Source: Squalus acanthias (taxonomy: Eukaryota). Taken from it: DNA of 64,000 nt. A program made the position numbers and the translations under genes. The stretch is from contig CM059433.1 in NCBI GenBank assembly GCA_030390025.1, forward strand, positions 20,400,001-20,464,000. The letters are read 5' to 3'. Below, one piece after another: positions 1 to 11,056 of this stretch; positions within the stretch are counted from its first letter, which is position 1, and the number at the start of each line of letters is the position of its first letter. Under the pieces are notes generated by a model. That model searched no databases. It saw nothing but the letters and a program-made list of their open reading frames with translations, and was not told the origin of the DNA.

Positions 1-80
1 TATGTAAGTCATAGTGGAAATTCCTCCACTGTGACCTTGATCTACAGCGACACAGCAAAAACTGTAACATTCTACGTTTT

Positions 81-335
81 AGAATCATAGAATGATACAG
101 CACAGAAGGAGGCCATTCGGCCCATCGTGCCTGTGCCGGCTCTTTGAAAGAGCTCTCCAATTAGTCCCATTCCCCTGCCCTTACCCCATAGCCCTGCAAA
201 TTTTTCCCCTTCAAGTATATATCCAATTCCTTTTAGAAAGTTAGTATTGAATTTTCTTCCATCACCCTCTCAGGCAAGGCATTCCAGATCATAACAATTC
301 GCTCCATGAAAAAAAACTCCTCAGGTCGCCTCTGT
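81..335 (-). mobile_element. CR1 LINE 3' end fragment
   Basis: Reverse-strand (ATTCTATG)-type tail, GGCCGAATGGCCTCCTTCTGTG 3' UTR motif and decayed ORF2 C-terminus; same pattern at 3522, 20795, 51763 and 52506. Confidence 0.85.
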
Positions 336-409
336 TTTCATTTTGCTTCATCTACAATTGATCAATTTTCCCAATTAACAGCTTAAGTTTTCCAGTTTCT
401 AAGGACGTA

Positions 410-1270
410 GGCCGGAATTTTGAGGAGGAAGGCGGGTTGGGGCGGGGTGGCTCCAAGGCAGGCGGGAAACCCGGGAGGCCCAGTTTCCCACAGGCCCTGC
501 CGACTTTAACAGCAGGGCCTGATTTGCATGCGAGGCCTCAGTTTCTCGCCCGCAGCCAGCCCGATTGAGAGGCTGGCTGGCTGAGGGCGGGTAGGCCTGC
601 GGCACTAGGCCACACAGAGGAGGGAGGGAGGGTTCGCGTGGGGGCTGCGCTGTTAAATGGATCGGGGGGGGGGGTAGAGGATCGGGGGTTTGGCTGGGCC
701 GTTAAGTGGACCGGGGGGAGGGGGTAGAGGATCGGGGAGAGGGCGAGGCCGTTAAATGGATCGTGGGGGAAGAGAGGTTCTGGGCCGGATGATGGGGGCG
801 CGGGTGAAGGCAAGATTTTGACCGACCACCAGTAGATCGTGGCCGGCCTGAGCATCATCGCTGGGGAAGGGAGGAATTCCTGGGGAGGTGATCGGAGGCC
901 TCGTGGGGGGGTCTCCGATGGCGGGGGTTGGGTTAGGCAGAGACCCTAGATCCAGGAGGTAGGTATAAAGGCACTTACCTCCTGGATGCAGCAGTCCCCC
1001 GTCTTGCTGTAACTGCCGGGCTTCATGAATTGTGTGTTAATGCAGTTAAAGACAAAATGGAGGCTAAAATAGAGACTTACAGCCTCATTATAATATTTAA
1101 ATTGACGTATCGCCTCCTGGGAGTGGGTTGGTCGCCTGCCCCTGTCCCGCCTCCGTTAAAACCGGAAATGGACGGGTTAGATGCGTGATCAGGTGGGGAA
1201 TCCCATTTTTAACAATTTAACTACCCCCACGCTCCAAAGCCACCCGTTTTTTAAGGTTAAAATGCCCCCC
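410..1270. mobile_element. GC-rich non-autonomous TIR element (PIF/Harbinger-like MITE) with internal GGATCGGGGG repeats
   Basis: Ends GGCCGGAATTTT and AAAATGCCCCCC resemble the TIRs of TSD-verified elements elsewhere in the window; sub-terminal GC-rich arms; no clean TSD. Confidence 0.65.
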
Positions 1271-2460
1271 ATAGTCTTCATGTGCCACTCATTTACTCTC
1301 CGTGGATTGCAATCCAATCTTCAAGTTTTAAATAAAATGTCTGTTCACTTGAAACCCAGCACTTTGTGCAGTACGAGTCTTTCTAAATAATGAAGCTCTG
1401 TCAAGGTTTCATTACTCCATATTCATCAGACTCCCAAAATTAGTACAGGACAACTATTTCCATTGAAATCCTCATGAGTGGCAGCATTGCCTATTGCCTA
1501 GTCTTCTACTTGACTGGATAATCTATGGTGTTCAGTGCATAAATGGGATATTGTGACTTTTGGACATGTGTAGTCAAAAGGAATTTTCCTTCGCGTCTGT
1601 GAAGTGCTCTGGGATATTTTATGATAAAGATGCTATGAAAGTTTCAGTAATTATTGTTGAATCAATTACGAAAGAGAGCAGGAACCGCCACATTAGAGTG
1701 CAAGAGTGAGATCTGAATTGGGTTATTTTGGGCATTTTTGAGAATGCCATATTTTGTCCAGCTCAACCACTTTTAGGTTCTGGATCCATATATCCCTACA
1801 ACACATGTGCCAACTGAAAAAATAATTAAAAGATGACCAACAGCTTGAAAAGAAAAGCTGACACCACCCCAGAAAAGCTCACAGCTCAAGAGCAGCCCTG
1901 AATATAGGACTCATGCAAAGCAACAGTCAAGAAGTTAGACTGAATGTTAGACTGGAGTGGCAGACGGGTTTGGCAGAACATTGCCCTGCAGATGTGTCTT
2001 TATGACTTTAATCATTTTTTACTACAGAGCACAAAAGCAGAGTCTGCAGCAATGGTGGATTTAGAATTACTGAAAGAAAGAAAGACTTGCATTTATACAG
2101 CGCCTTTCACGACCACCGGACATCTCAAAGCGCTTTAGAGCCAACGCAGTACTTTTGAAGTGGAGCCACTGTTGTAATGTGGGAAACACGGCAGCCAATT
2201 TGCGCACAGCAAGCTCCCACAAACAGCAATGTGATAATGACCAGATAATCTGTTTTTGTTATGTTGGTTGAGGGATAAATATTGGCCAGGACACCGGGGA
2301 GAACTCCCCTGCTGTTCTTCAAAATAGTGCCATGGGATCTTTTATGTCCGCCTGAGAGAGCAGACGGGGCCTCGGTTTAACGTCTCATCTGAAAGACAGC
2401 ACCTCCGACAGTGCAGCGCTCCCTCAGCACTGCACTGGAGTGTCAGCCTAGTTTTAATGT

Positions 2461-3065
2461 CATGATGTGGAGATGCCGGGTCAGGTAAGTTTAGCAGTGA
2501 GAGAATCTCCCAGAATTCACAATTTAAACACAGACAAAATATATTCAAATCTTTCCCACATCAAAGAGCATAGCCAAGACAATGAGATGTGTCCCAGGGG
2601 GTCCAACGTGTCAAACCACCTGCTGGCTGCATATCCTGTCAATCTGTGTAGGTTCTTGTGTTAGCCTTTTTTTAAAAAAACACCTGGGAAGACCGGCCAT
2701 GATGTCAAGTCACGTTCTGTATCGTGACATGAACCCGATATCGCGATTGAGGCCCTCCTCATGAGTGCGGAACTTGGCTATCATGTCAGGTAAGTTTAGC
2801 AGTGAGAGAATCTCCCAGAATTCACAATTTAAACACAGACAAAATATATTTGACACGTTGGACCCCCTGGGACACATCTCATTGTCTTGGCTATGCTCTT
2901 TGATGTGGGAAAGATTTGAATATATTTTGTCTGTGTTTAAATTGTGAATTCTGGGAGATTCTCTCACTGCTAAACTTACCTGACGAAGGAGCGAACTGCT
3001 CCGAAAGCTTGTAAAATTAAATAAATCTGTTGGACTATAACCTGGTGTTGTGCGACTTCTCATTT
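2461..3065. mobile_element. Rearranged Penelope-like element 3' fragments (family A)
   Basis: 12-bp TSD TAGTTTTAATGT (2449-2460 and 3066-3077); encodes IAKFRTHEEGLNRDIGFMSRYRT*, identical to the GIY-YIG end at 50369; inverted and duplicated segments. Confidence 0.9.
2976..3014 (+). ncRNA. Minimal type I hammerhead ribozyme motif (Penelope family A)
   Basis: TTAC-CTGACGA-A-GGAGC-GAACT-GCTCC-GAAA-GC-TT-GTAA: helix I TTAC/GTAA, helix II GGAGC/GCTCC, palindromic AAGCTT in place of helix III. Confidence 0.8.
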
Positions 3066-3650
3066 TAGTTTTAATGTGCTCAAGTCCCTGGAGTGGGACT
3101 TTGAACCCACAACCTTCTGACTCAGAGGTGAGTGTGCTACCCACTGAGGCACGGCTGACACTGAAGAAAGATGCAAGTGTCCGAACGCATGACATTTATT
3201 TTCTAGCAAGATCTGGGGCATGACTCCACGCCCCCCGCCAAAAGAAGTATATTTTTTGATCCTTGATTTGGTGTCTTTTCTGGCATTTGGGAGCCTACTA
3301 ATGCAATGATTGGAACGCTTAAGTAAAGCCAGTCAGCGCATTCATGCCAGATAAAATCCTCTTTACCTAAAAAAACAGAGACAAAAATAAATGTTGACAT
3401 AAGACAGCAGTTAGGCATGCCCCAGAAAATGTCTTTGAGGAAAACAAAAACTTTTAGTAGCAGCACCACAGCAGCTTATTTGTCATATATATAATTTCTT
3501 TGGAGAAAAACACTAAATGTCATAGAATCATACAGTACAGAAGGAGGCCATTCGGCCCATCAGGCCTGTGCCGGCTCTTTGAAAGAGCTCTCCAATTAGT
3601 CCTGCAAATTTTTCCTTTTCAAGTGTATATCCAATGCCCTTTTGAAAGTT

Positions 3651-4079
3651 GAGAAGTCGCACAACACCAGGTTATAGTCCAACAGTTTTATTTGAAATCA
3701 CAAGCTTTCGGAGCTTACGTGGCCCCTTCCTCAGGTGAAGTAAAGAAATACAGAATCGACAAAGCATATATAGATAGAGAACAATGCATGTGTAACTTAC
3801 AATGGCAGACGACTACATTTAAATCATCCTGACTGTTTATCTACCGAGGTGTGACAAAAGGCAATCAGGTCAGCCAGGAAGGTACCACATCAAAGACATA
3901 GCAAGATACAACTGAGACAATGAGGTGGAGTTACAGGGGGTCTAATGTGTCAAAAGCTGCCGTCGGTATGGGAAACGATAAACTTTAAAATGTTTACTTT
4001 TTTACTGGGAATCACATCTGTGAACAAGCCAACGACGACTCGAATCTGGATCACGTCATGTATCGTGACATAAACCCAA
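3651..4079 (-). mobile_element. Penelope-like element 3' end (family A, second subfamily)
   Basis: 11-bp TSD TTTTGAAAGTT (3640-3650 and 4080-4090); ORF end IGFMSRYMT*; shared terminal GGACTATAACCTGGTGTTGTGCGACTTCTCA motif. Confidence 0.85.
3698..3738 (-). ncRNA. Minimal type I hammerhead ribozyme motif (family A)
   Basis: Minus strand TCAC-CTGAGGA-A-GGGGC-CACGTAA-GCTCC-GAAA-GC-TT-GTGA. Confidence 0.8.
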
Positions 4080-4769
4080 TTTTGAAAGTTACAATTGAAT
4101 CTGCTTCCACCACCCTTCCAGATCACAACAACTCGTTGCGTTAAACAAAACAAATTCTCAACTCCTCCCCTTGTTCTTTCGCCATCTGGAACGGTGACAC
4201 TTCGAAACCAACAGCTCATGTAAAATTCTGCTTCCTCAAGTGCAATCTGACTGATTGTTTCCAACAGCCTCCAGTATATCTCCAATCAAACTGGTGATGA
4301 GAGCTTCCAGTCCTGCCCTTAAACTGATCAGATTGGTACAAAGGGTTTTCAGGCCCACCCTCCAATCACTTTGATCAGTCCTGATAGGCTCTGATTCTGC
4401 TTTTCAAATTATCCGATTAATTACAGCTGACAACCTCCAGTGAAAAAGCGGATTTGTTTCTGTGAAACATATGCTGACTGTCACCTTAAGCTGTGGGCAA
4501 TTGGCACGTATGCTTTAAAGATTCCCTCCCGTCCATTTTATATATCCTGCCATAAGTTTCTCTTCTGCCGGTAGCTGAGGCGTGAGAAGGCAGAGAGCTT
4601 TTTGTTTCCCTAAAGTTGTAAAAATATCAGCCGGTTTGTCTTCCAACTTGTGCTGCTGCTTCCTGGCAGAGTGCACAGGGTCGATTTTACAAACTCACGC
4701 TCCTGGGGGGCGGGGGCGGGGAGCCTCACCCAGCGTGAGCACATACCAGACAATCCACAGATGAGCTCC

Positions 4770-4912
4770 CCCATCTCCAACAGTGCAGCACTCTCTCAGT
4801 ACTGCACGGAAATGTCTGCCGAGATTATGTGTTCAGGTCTTGGCGAGGGGACCTGAACCCATGACTTTTTGACTTCAGAGATGAGAATGCTACCAAATGA
4901 GACAAGCTGACA
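4770..4912 (-). mobile_element. Degenerate DeuSINE 5' fragment
   Basis: Similar to the head of the 9696-10153 copy (CAGTGCAGCACTCTCTCAGTACTGCAC ... GACCTGAACCC). Confidence 0.7.
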
Positions 4913-5217
4913 CTTGTTCGGAATTGGAAAGATTCTCAAAGTAGATATGATGGTACAAGAGGCTCCCTCATGTGGCAACATGACCAGTATGTTGCAAATT
5001 GCGATACGTGTTGCAGTCAGCTGCTGTTTTATTCACTTTGAAAGGTTGCAGCTGAATTATTAAAGAGCAGCTACAGACTATGGTTCATATGCAATACAAC
5101 TGAGGCACTGCAGTGTTTCTCCACACTGGGTGGCAGCAGCCCATGAAGTCCTGCATTGCCTTATAATTCCAAATGAACAGGCTTTGCACAAAAAAAAGGC
5201 CTGCTATTGCAATGTTA

Positions 5218-5532
5218 TCAGACTCAACATTGAGTTCAACAATTTCAGACTGTAACCCCTACCCCCATTTTTCAGGCTGTTTATGTTTTTGCCATCCCCA
5301 TTTGCAACATTTTATCTCTCCTGCCCCCTACCCTAGCACAGAATATTTCTGCAGTTCCTTCCTCCCCTCCACTCCCCCTTTCCCTTCCTCTGCACCTGCT
5401 TAAAATCTGTTACATCTCTGGCCTTCTCCAGTTCTGACGAAGGGTCCCAGACCTGAAACGTTAACTCTGTTTCTCTCTCCACGGATGCTGCCTGGCTTGC
5501 TGAGTGTTTCCAGCATTTTCTGTTGTTATTTC
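5218..5532 (+). mobile_element. Penelope-like element 3' end (family B)
   Basis: Begins with GIY-YIG C-terminal codons LNIEFNNFR, then a pyrimidine-rich UTR, hammerhead and GATGCTGCCTG...CCAGCATTTTCTG tail; homologous to 17690-18145. Confidence 0.8.
5430..5466 (+). ncRNA. Minimal type I hammerhead ribozyme motif (family B)
   Basis: AGTT-CTGACGA-A-GGGTC-CCA-GACCT-GAAA-CG-TT-AACT; palindromic AACGTT. Confidence 0.8.
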
Positions 5533-5674
5533 ATGGGAATTACTCATCAGGTCAATGATGTTTTCCACATATGGTTCGATACATTATGGCAAGGCTTGTA
5601 ATTAATGCATTCATCCCTTGCTGCAACAAATGACTTGATTGAGATGTCTCCAAATACTTTACAAATTTTAATCA

Positions 5675-5785
5675 AGAAAGAAAGAACTTGCATTTAAATA
5701 GTGCTTTTCACAACCTCAGGATATGTCAAAAGCGCTTTACAACCAATGAAGTACTTTTGAAGTGCAGTTGCTGTTGTACTGTCGG
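5675..5785 (-). mobile_element. DeuSINE 3' tail fragment
   Basis: AAGAAAGAAAGAACTTGCATTT...CTTTACAACCAATGAAGTACTTTTGAAGTG matches 2072-2180. Confidence 0.75.
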
Positions 5786-5932
5786 TAACTGATTGATATA
5801 CTGTGAATTCAGATCAAATATCAGATTGGATAAAAAGTCTTCACCAAGTAACATACGTTCTCCTCCAAGCATTGAGTGTTGGTAAATTTGGTAAGCTGAT
5901 GGTGAAATCAGATGGTGTGGCAAGATCATAAT

Positions 5933-8064
5933 TACATACGAACATACGAATTAGGAGCAGGAGTCGGCCACTCAGCCCTTCGAGCCTGCTCCACCATTCA
6001 ATACGATCATGGCTGATCTGATTACTCCACATTCCCGCCTACTCCCGATAACCTTTCACCCCCTTGCTTATCAGGAATCTATCTACCTCTACCTTAAAAA
6101 TATTCAAAGACTCTGCTTCCACCGCCCTCTGAGGAAGAGAGTTCCAAAGACTCACGACCCTCTGTGAGAAAAAATTTCTCCTCATCTCTGTCTTAAATGG
6201 GCGACCCCTTATTTTTAAACAGTGACCCCTAGTTCTAGATTCTCCCACAAGAGGAAACATCCTCTCCACATCCACCCTGTCAAGACCCCTCAGGATCTTA
6301 TATGTTTCAATCAAGTCACATCTTACTCTTCCAAACTCCAGCGGATACAAGCCCAGCCTGTCCAACCTTTCCTTCTCTGAACTGCTTCCAATGCATTTAC
6401 ATCCTTCCTTAAATAAGGAGACCAATACTGAACACAGTACTCCAGATGTGGTCTCACCAATGCCCTGTATAACTGAAGCATAACCTCCCTACTTTGTATT
6501 TAATTCCCCTCGCAATAAACAATAACATTCTATTTCCTAATTACTTGCTGTACCTGCATCCTAACCTTTTGCGATTCATGCACTAGGACAGCCAGATCCC
6601 TCTGCATCTCAGAGCTCTGCAATTTCTCATCATTTAGATAATATGCTTCTTTTTTATTCTTCCTGCCAAAATGGACAATTTCACATTTTCCCACATTATA
6701 CTCCATTTGCCGGATCTTTTCCCACTCACTTAACCTATCTTTATCCCTTTGTAGCTTCCTTATGTCCTTTTCACAATTTACTTTCCTACCTATCTTTGTG
6801 TCATCAGCAAATTTAGCAACCATACCTTCGGTCCCTTCATCCAAGTCATTTATATAAATTGTAAAAAGTTGAGGCCCCAGCACTGATCCCTGTGGCACAC
6901 CACTCGTTACATCTTGCCAATCAGAAAATGACCCATTTATGCCTACTCTCTGTTTCCTGTTAGCTAGCCAATCTTCTATCCATGCCAATATGTTACCCCC
7001 TACACCATGAGCTTTTATTTTCCGCAATAACCTTTGATGTGGCACCTTATCAAATGCCTTCTGGAAATCTAAGTACAGTACATCCACCGGTTCGCCTTTA
7101 TCCACAGCACATGTTACTCCCTCAAAGAACTCCAATAAATTGGTGAAACATGATTTCCCTTGCACAAAACCATGTTGACTCTGCCTGATTACCTTGAACT
7201 TTTCTAAGTGCCCTGCTATAACGTCTTTAATATTGGCCCAAAAATTAGTCCCGCGACGCAAGAGTACGCACTGCGTACTCTCGCGTATTCTGTCTCCAAT
7301 TGCCGGTTTTCTGCATGCACTGCGCATGCGCTGAAAACTGGCACTTGGTTTTTGGAAAAGGGGGCGGTTCCTCGGTGCACCGCGTGCGCGCTACAGGCTG
7401 CGCGCACGCTGTGCACTTAGTGCTTTGGATGCGCAGGTAAGTACGGAAGATTTTAGAAATGAAAAAAGGAGGAGTAAGACCCACTTTTAACAAGGTAAGT
7501 AGTGAATTAAGTATTATTTTGAATTTTTTTTAACAGGTATATCTTTTTTAGAGACTTTAAAGACAGGTAAGTTTATTTTTATAACTTTTTAAAAGATTTT
7601 AAATTTTTTCAAAAATTTAATTTTTTATTTAAAATGGTTAATTTATTTAACTATACTTATTTTATTAATGTGATGGTTTTTTTTTTAAATTTAATTGAGG
7701 TTTAGCTGTTATTTTGGGGGTGTGTAAGATTCATAGCTTTCACAGCACTTATGTGAAACTTATGAATGGAAGATGGTGTGCTGCCATTGGCTCTAACTGA
7801 GTCACGTGATCCCACAGCTCGCACGAATTCACTACGCCGGTGGGATACGCAAGCACTGCCCAGCTGATGTCTAGAACATCAAGTTCGTGCGAGCTGGAAC
7901 TGAAAAAGCCAACGCGGAGTGAGAGATCGCGGGGAAGCCTTACCCCCGCGTCAACACTCAGTCTTTAATTTCTGGGCCAACAGCTTCTAACATCTTCCCT
8001 ATGACAGATGTTAAGCTAACTGGCCTGTAGTTTCCTGCTTTCTGTCTCCCTCCCTTTTTGAATA
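5933..8064 (-). mobile_element. 5'-truncated CR1 LINE (RT domain and 3' UTR), interrupted by a MITE at 7235-7978
   Basis: ORF fragments SQHGF...[13 protein letters not shown]...[10 protein letters not shown]...FADDTK and FFSQRVVSLWNSLP, with deletions and frameshifts; (TTCGTATG)n-type tail. Confidence 0.95.
7235..7978. mobile_element. Harbinger-like MITE with AT-rich centre
   Basis: TIRs GGCCCAAAAATT / AATTTCTGGGCC; the CR1 frame resumes on both sides; TSD diverged (ATT/AAC). Confidence 0.85.
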
Positions 8065-9695
8065 ATTCGGGAGATAGTATTCCGTAAACAAATAAGGAGC
8101 AGCATGTTCAAACTTCAACCTGTTTTTAAACCAGGAAACTAGCCGCCATCAAGGCAGGTTTTCTCTGCAGGCACAACAGAAAAAAAGAGCGGCTCGATGG
8201 AGAAAAATGGGATTGCAGTATCACGCAATAGTAGGAGATTGAATGTGTTTGGCAACCCACTGTATTATTGAATACATTATACAATTTTTTTTTAATATGG
8301 CACTGTTTCCTTTTTATATGTTCACAATGACATTTCAAAAGTAGTTGGTGTGAGATTTGTCACAAAAGTGTCAACAGACCTCAAAACAAGGAAATACGAG
8401 TCAACGGAGACATGCTATGGAAATGTGCAAGAAGACTGATTGCTTTCATTGTGTTGACTGAATACAAAGGAGTTGGGAAAGGAAGTAAATTGGGCTCCAG
8501 GGGTACATTAAATAAATACATACATTCATGGGATGTGGGGGGGGGGGGGGGAGCGAGGCTGCAGTTATTGATTGCTGCCATAACGCCATGTAAATTGAGC
8601 AAGGTGGATGAATAAGAGTTATTGTACAAGATCATTTATAGCGGACTCTGTCAGCAGAGGTGCCTGTGTACGTACAATGAGCTAGCGTTTTCCCAAGAGA
8701 CAAAGCAAGGGCCACTGCTTCAAATTCACAATTTAAGCGGTTAAAAACTGAAGTTGTTTTAACCTGCACGTGCACCTTCACTGGGGTCATATACACAACA
8801 TAGATAATAAAAAGAGCTGCACTCGGGTTCCTTTGAAAACAAATGGGTTTCGCTCCTTAAAATTTTAAGGGGGATTATTACTGAAGTAGCAGCAACCCAT
8901 TGTAACTCTCATGAAGGATAGTTCAATCCCAGACAACTCACAGGGCTTACACAGCCACGATGCAGTCAGAATCCCACCAGTATAATTCAAACATCGACCA
9001 CCAGTCCAGTCACCATCTTAAGCTGCGAGGCACACATCTGTCAGAGGTTGTCATTTCATTTTGAGGGATTGATACGCTGCAGTTCAAAGAATATATCCAA
9101 GTAGGCAGGACAGCACAGCCGTCAGTGCGGTGACACAGATTTGTTTCGGCAGTTTTCTCACGCACTTGGTTTCTAGTCTCAGCTGTGGCATCGTGGGGAG
9201 ACAGCGAATGGAGGCCTTGTGCAACCTGCACCACGAATAAAGATCAGCAGTCATAGAAGCCTGGGAACATGTGTCCAGCCCCAATGATCTCAGCTGGAGT
9301 AGATGAGTTGCACAGGAAGAGTCCAGGAGGGAAACACAGACTTACCATTTAGATTCTGTTTGATTATTGTTCACTTTGAAAACACACCCCATAGTTTTCA
9401 TACAAGCTGCACAGAACAGAGACTGGAATTTGCCAATGGCTGGAAAGGTGAATGTTGCTGATTCAATGCTCATGCTGCCCATCAACAGTAAAATCCCAGT
9501 AACAAGTATTGCATCGTTATCAAATGAATTCCTACGTCACAATTTAAAAAAAAATTCAATTGATGTTGTACAATATGGTGGCCAATTATGTGACCCTTCA
9601 GATCACGTCACATGACTGTATTTACTGATACAACATACTGTCTACTGCACAGGTAGTGTGTATATGTGCTGTGATTGGTTAAGTGGAAATATGGA

Positions 9696-10153
9696 GTGTC
9701 AACCAGTGGCTCAGTTGGTAGCACACTCGCCTCTCACTCAGAAGATTGTGGGTCCCACTCCAGAGACTTGAGCACAAAAAATCTAGGCTGACACCCCAGT
9801 GCAGTACTGAGGAAGTGCGGCACTGTCGGAGGTGCCGCCATTCGGCTGAGATGTTAAACCTGTATGCTCTCTCAGGTGGCCGTGAAAGATTCAATGGCAC
9901 TATTTTGAAGAAGAGCAGGGGAGTTATCCCCGGTGTACTGGCCAATATTTATCCCTCAATCAACATAACAAAAAAAAGATTATCTGGTCATTATCACATT
10001 CCTGTTTGTGAGAGCTTGCTGAGCGCAAATTGGCTACCGCATTTCCTACATTACAACAGTGACTACACTCCAAAAGTACTTCATTGGCTGTAAAGTGCTT
10101 TGGGACGTCCGGTGGTCGTGAAAGGTGCTATATAAATGCAAGTCTTTCTTTCT
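9696..10153 (+). mobile_element. Near full-length DeuSINE (SacSINE1-like)
   Basis: A box TGGCTCAGTTGG, Deu-domain core and L2-like tail GTAAAGTGCTTTGGGACGTCC...TATATAAATGCAAGTCTTTCTTTCT. Confidence 0.9.
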
Positions 10154-10641
10154 GTTGTTTTAAACAGTCTTCTGTTGTTCAGTTGAGTAGTAATGGATTG
10201 AGTCTTATGGTTATAATCATGTAACTTTATTTTTTTCTACTTGAACATAAAAGCAATCTAAAAGTGGAGTACAATTTCTTCAGAGCATAGTGCAGTTTGC
10301 AAGCGGAGTTTTGTCAGCAGTTCTGAACATAAGCATGTACACAAGTCTTGTAGATTTCTCTCTTCTTCCACTTAACACAAAAAGCTTATTTTTTTATACA
10401 CTGATTTCGTTATCAAACTGGAAGTGGCCTTGCCTTATTTGGTAGTTGCCGGTCAATGCACCGTCCTTCAGCCGATTCTTATGCACACAAGTTTAAATTT
10501 CTCTACACATTTGTATATCAACATCATTTTGCGTAAGTTGCAATGGTATGCAGTGGGATGTTTATAGTATGGCACTATTATAAATATCCCAAGGCCGTAC
10601 TTCAATCTTGAACACTGGCTGTTGCTAGGGTGATCTGTAAT

Positions 10642-10670
10642 TCTCTCTCTCTCTCTCTCTTTCTCTCTTC
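10642..10670. repeat. (TC)n microsatellite
   Basis: Direct reading. Confidence 0.9.
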
Positions 10671-11056
10671 AATGATGCAAATCACTTTTTTTTGCTCCAT
10701 ATTGCATGAGCTAAACATGAACACATTTCAGAAGCCGAATTAGCCGAGTTCCATGTACCAACATGGGGCAGGGTCTCAGTTAAAATAAAAGAAGATAATC
10801 AGACCTCTGATGCACTCAGTATCCATTACAATAGCTTCACCCTCAGCCTTGGTGTTTGCAAGCAAATCTTTTCTTCCTTCTACAAAAGCAATAACTCGCA
10901 ATAAAGTTGAATATAAACTACTGTCCTCAGATATTATGTAATCCCCTTAGCCTGTAGCCTCAGCATTTATCTATTGTGTTGGGTATTATTGCATCAAACA
11001 TTACCTTATTGCTTCAATAGTGAGCTAAACAAGATAATTGCATTCCAAGACATTAA

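Larger units (their letters stand above)
2072..3160 (-). mobile_element. tRNA-derived DeuSINE (SacSINE1-like), split by a Penelope insertion at 2461-3065
   Basis: tRNA-like head at 3066-3160 (B box GGTTCAAAGTCCC on the minus strand), Deu-domain AAAGATCCCATGGCACTATTTTGAAGAACAGCAGGGGAG, (TTTC)n tail; colinear with the intact copy at 9696-10153. Confidence 0.9.
3522..4185 (-). mobile_element. CR1 LINE 3' fragment interrupted by a Penelope insertion
   Basis: CR1 tail at 3522-3650 resumes at about 4080-4185. Confidence 0.8.

Noticed and set aside
5108..5140. Second CTCF site (ACACTGGGTGGCAGCA)
   Set aside because: Two core mismatches and wrong spacing to the TGCAG motif.
6530..7327. 265-aa RT ORF as a functional gene
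   Set aside because: The start lies inside an inserted MITE; the rest is a truncated CR1 ORF2.
9010..9284. Short minus-strand ORFs in unique sequence
   Set aside because: No recognisable domain and no consistent splice signals.
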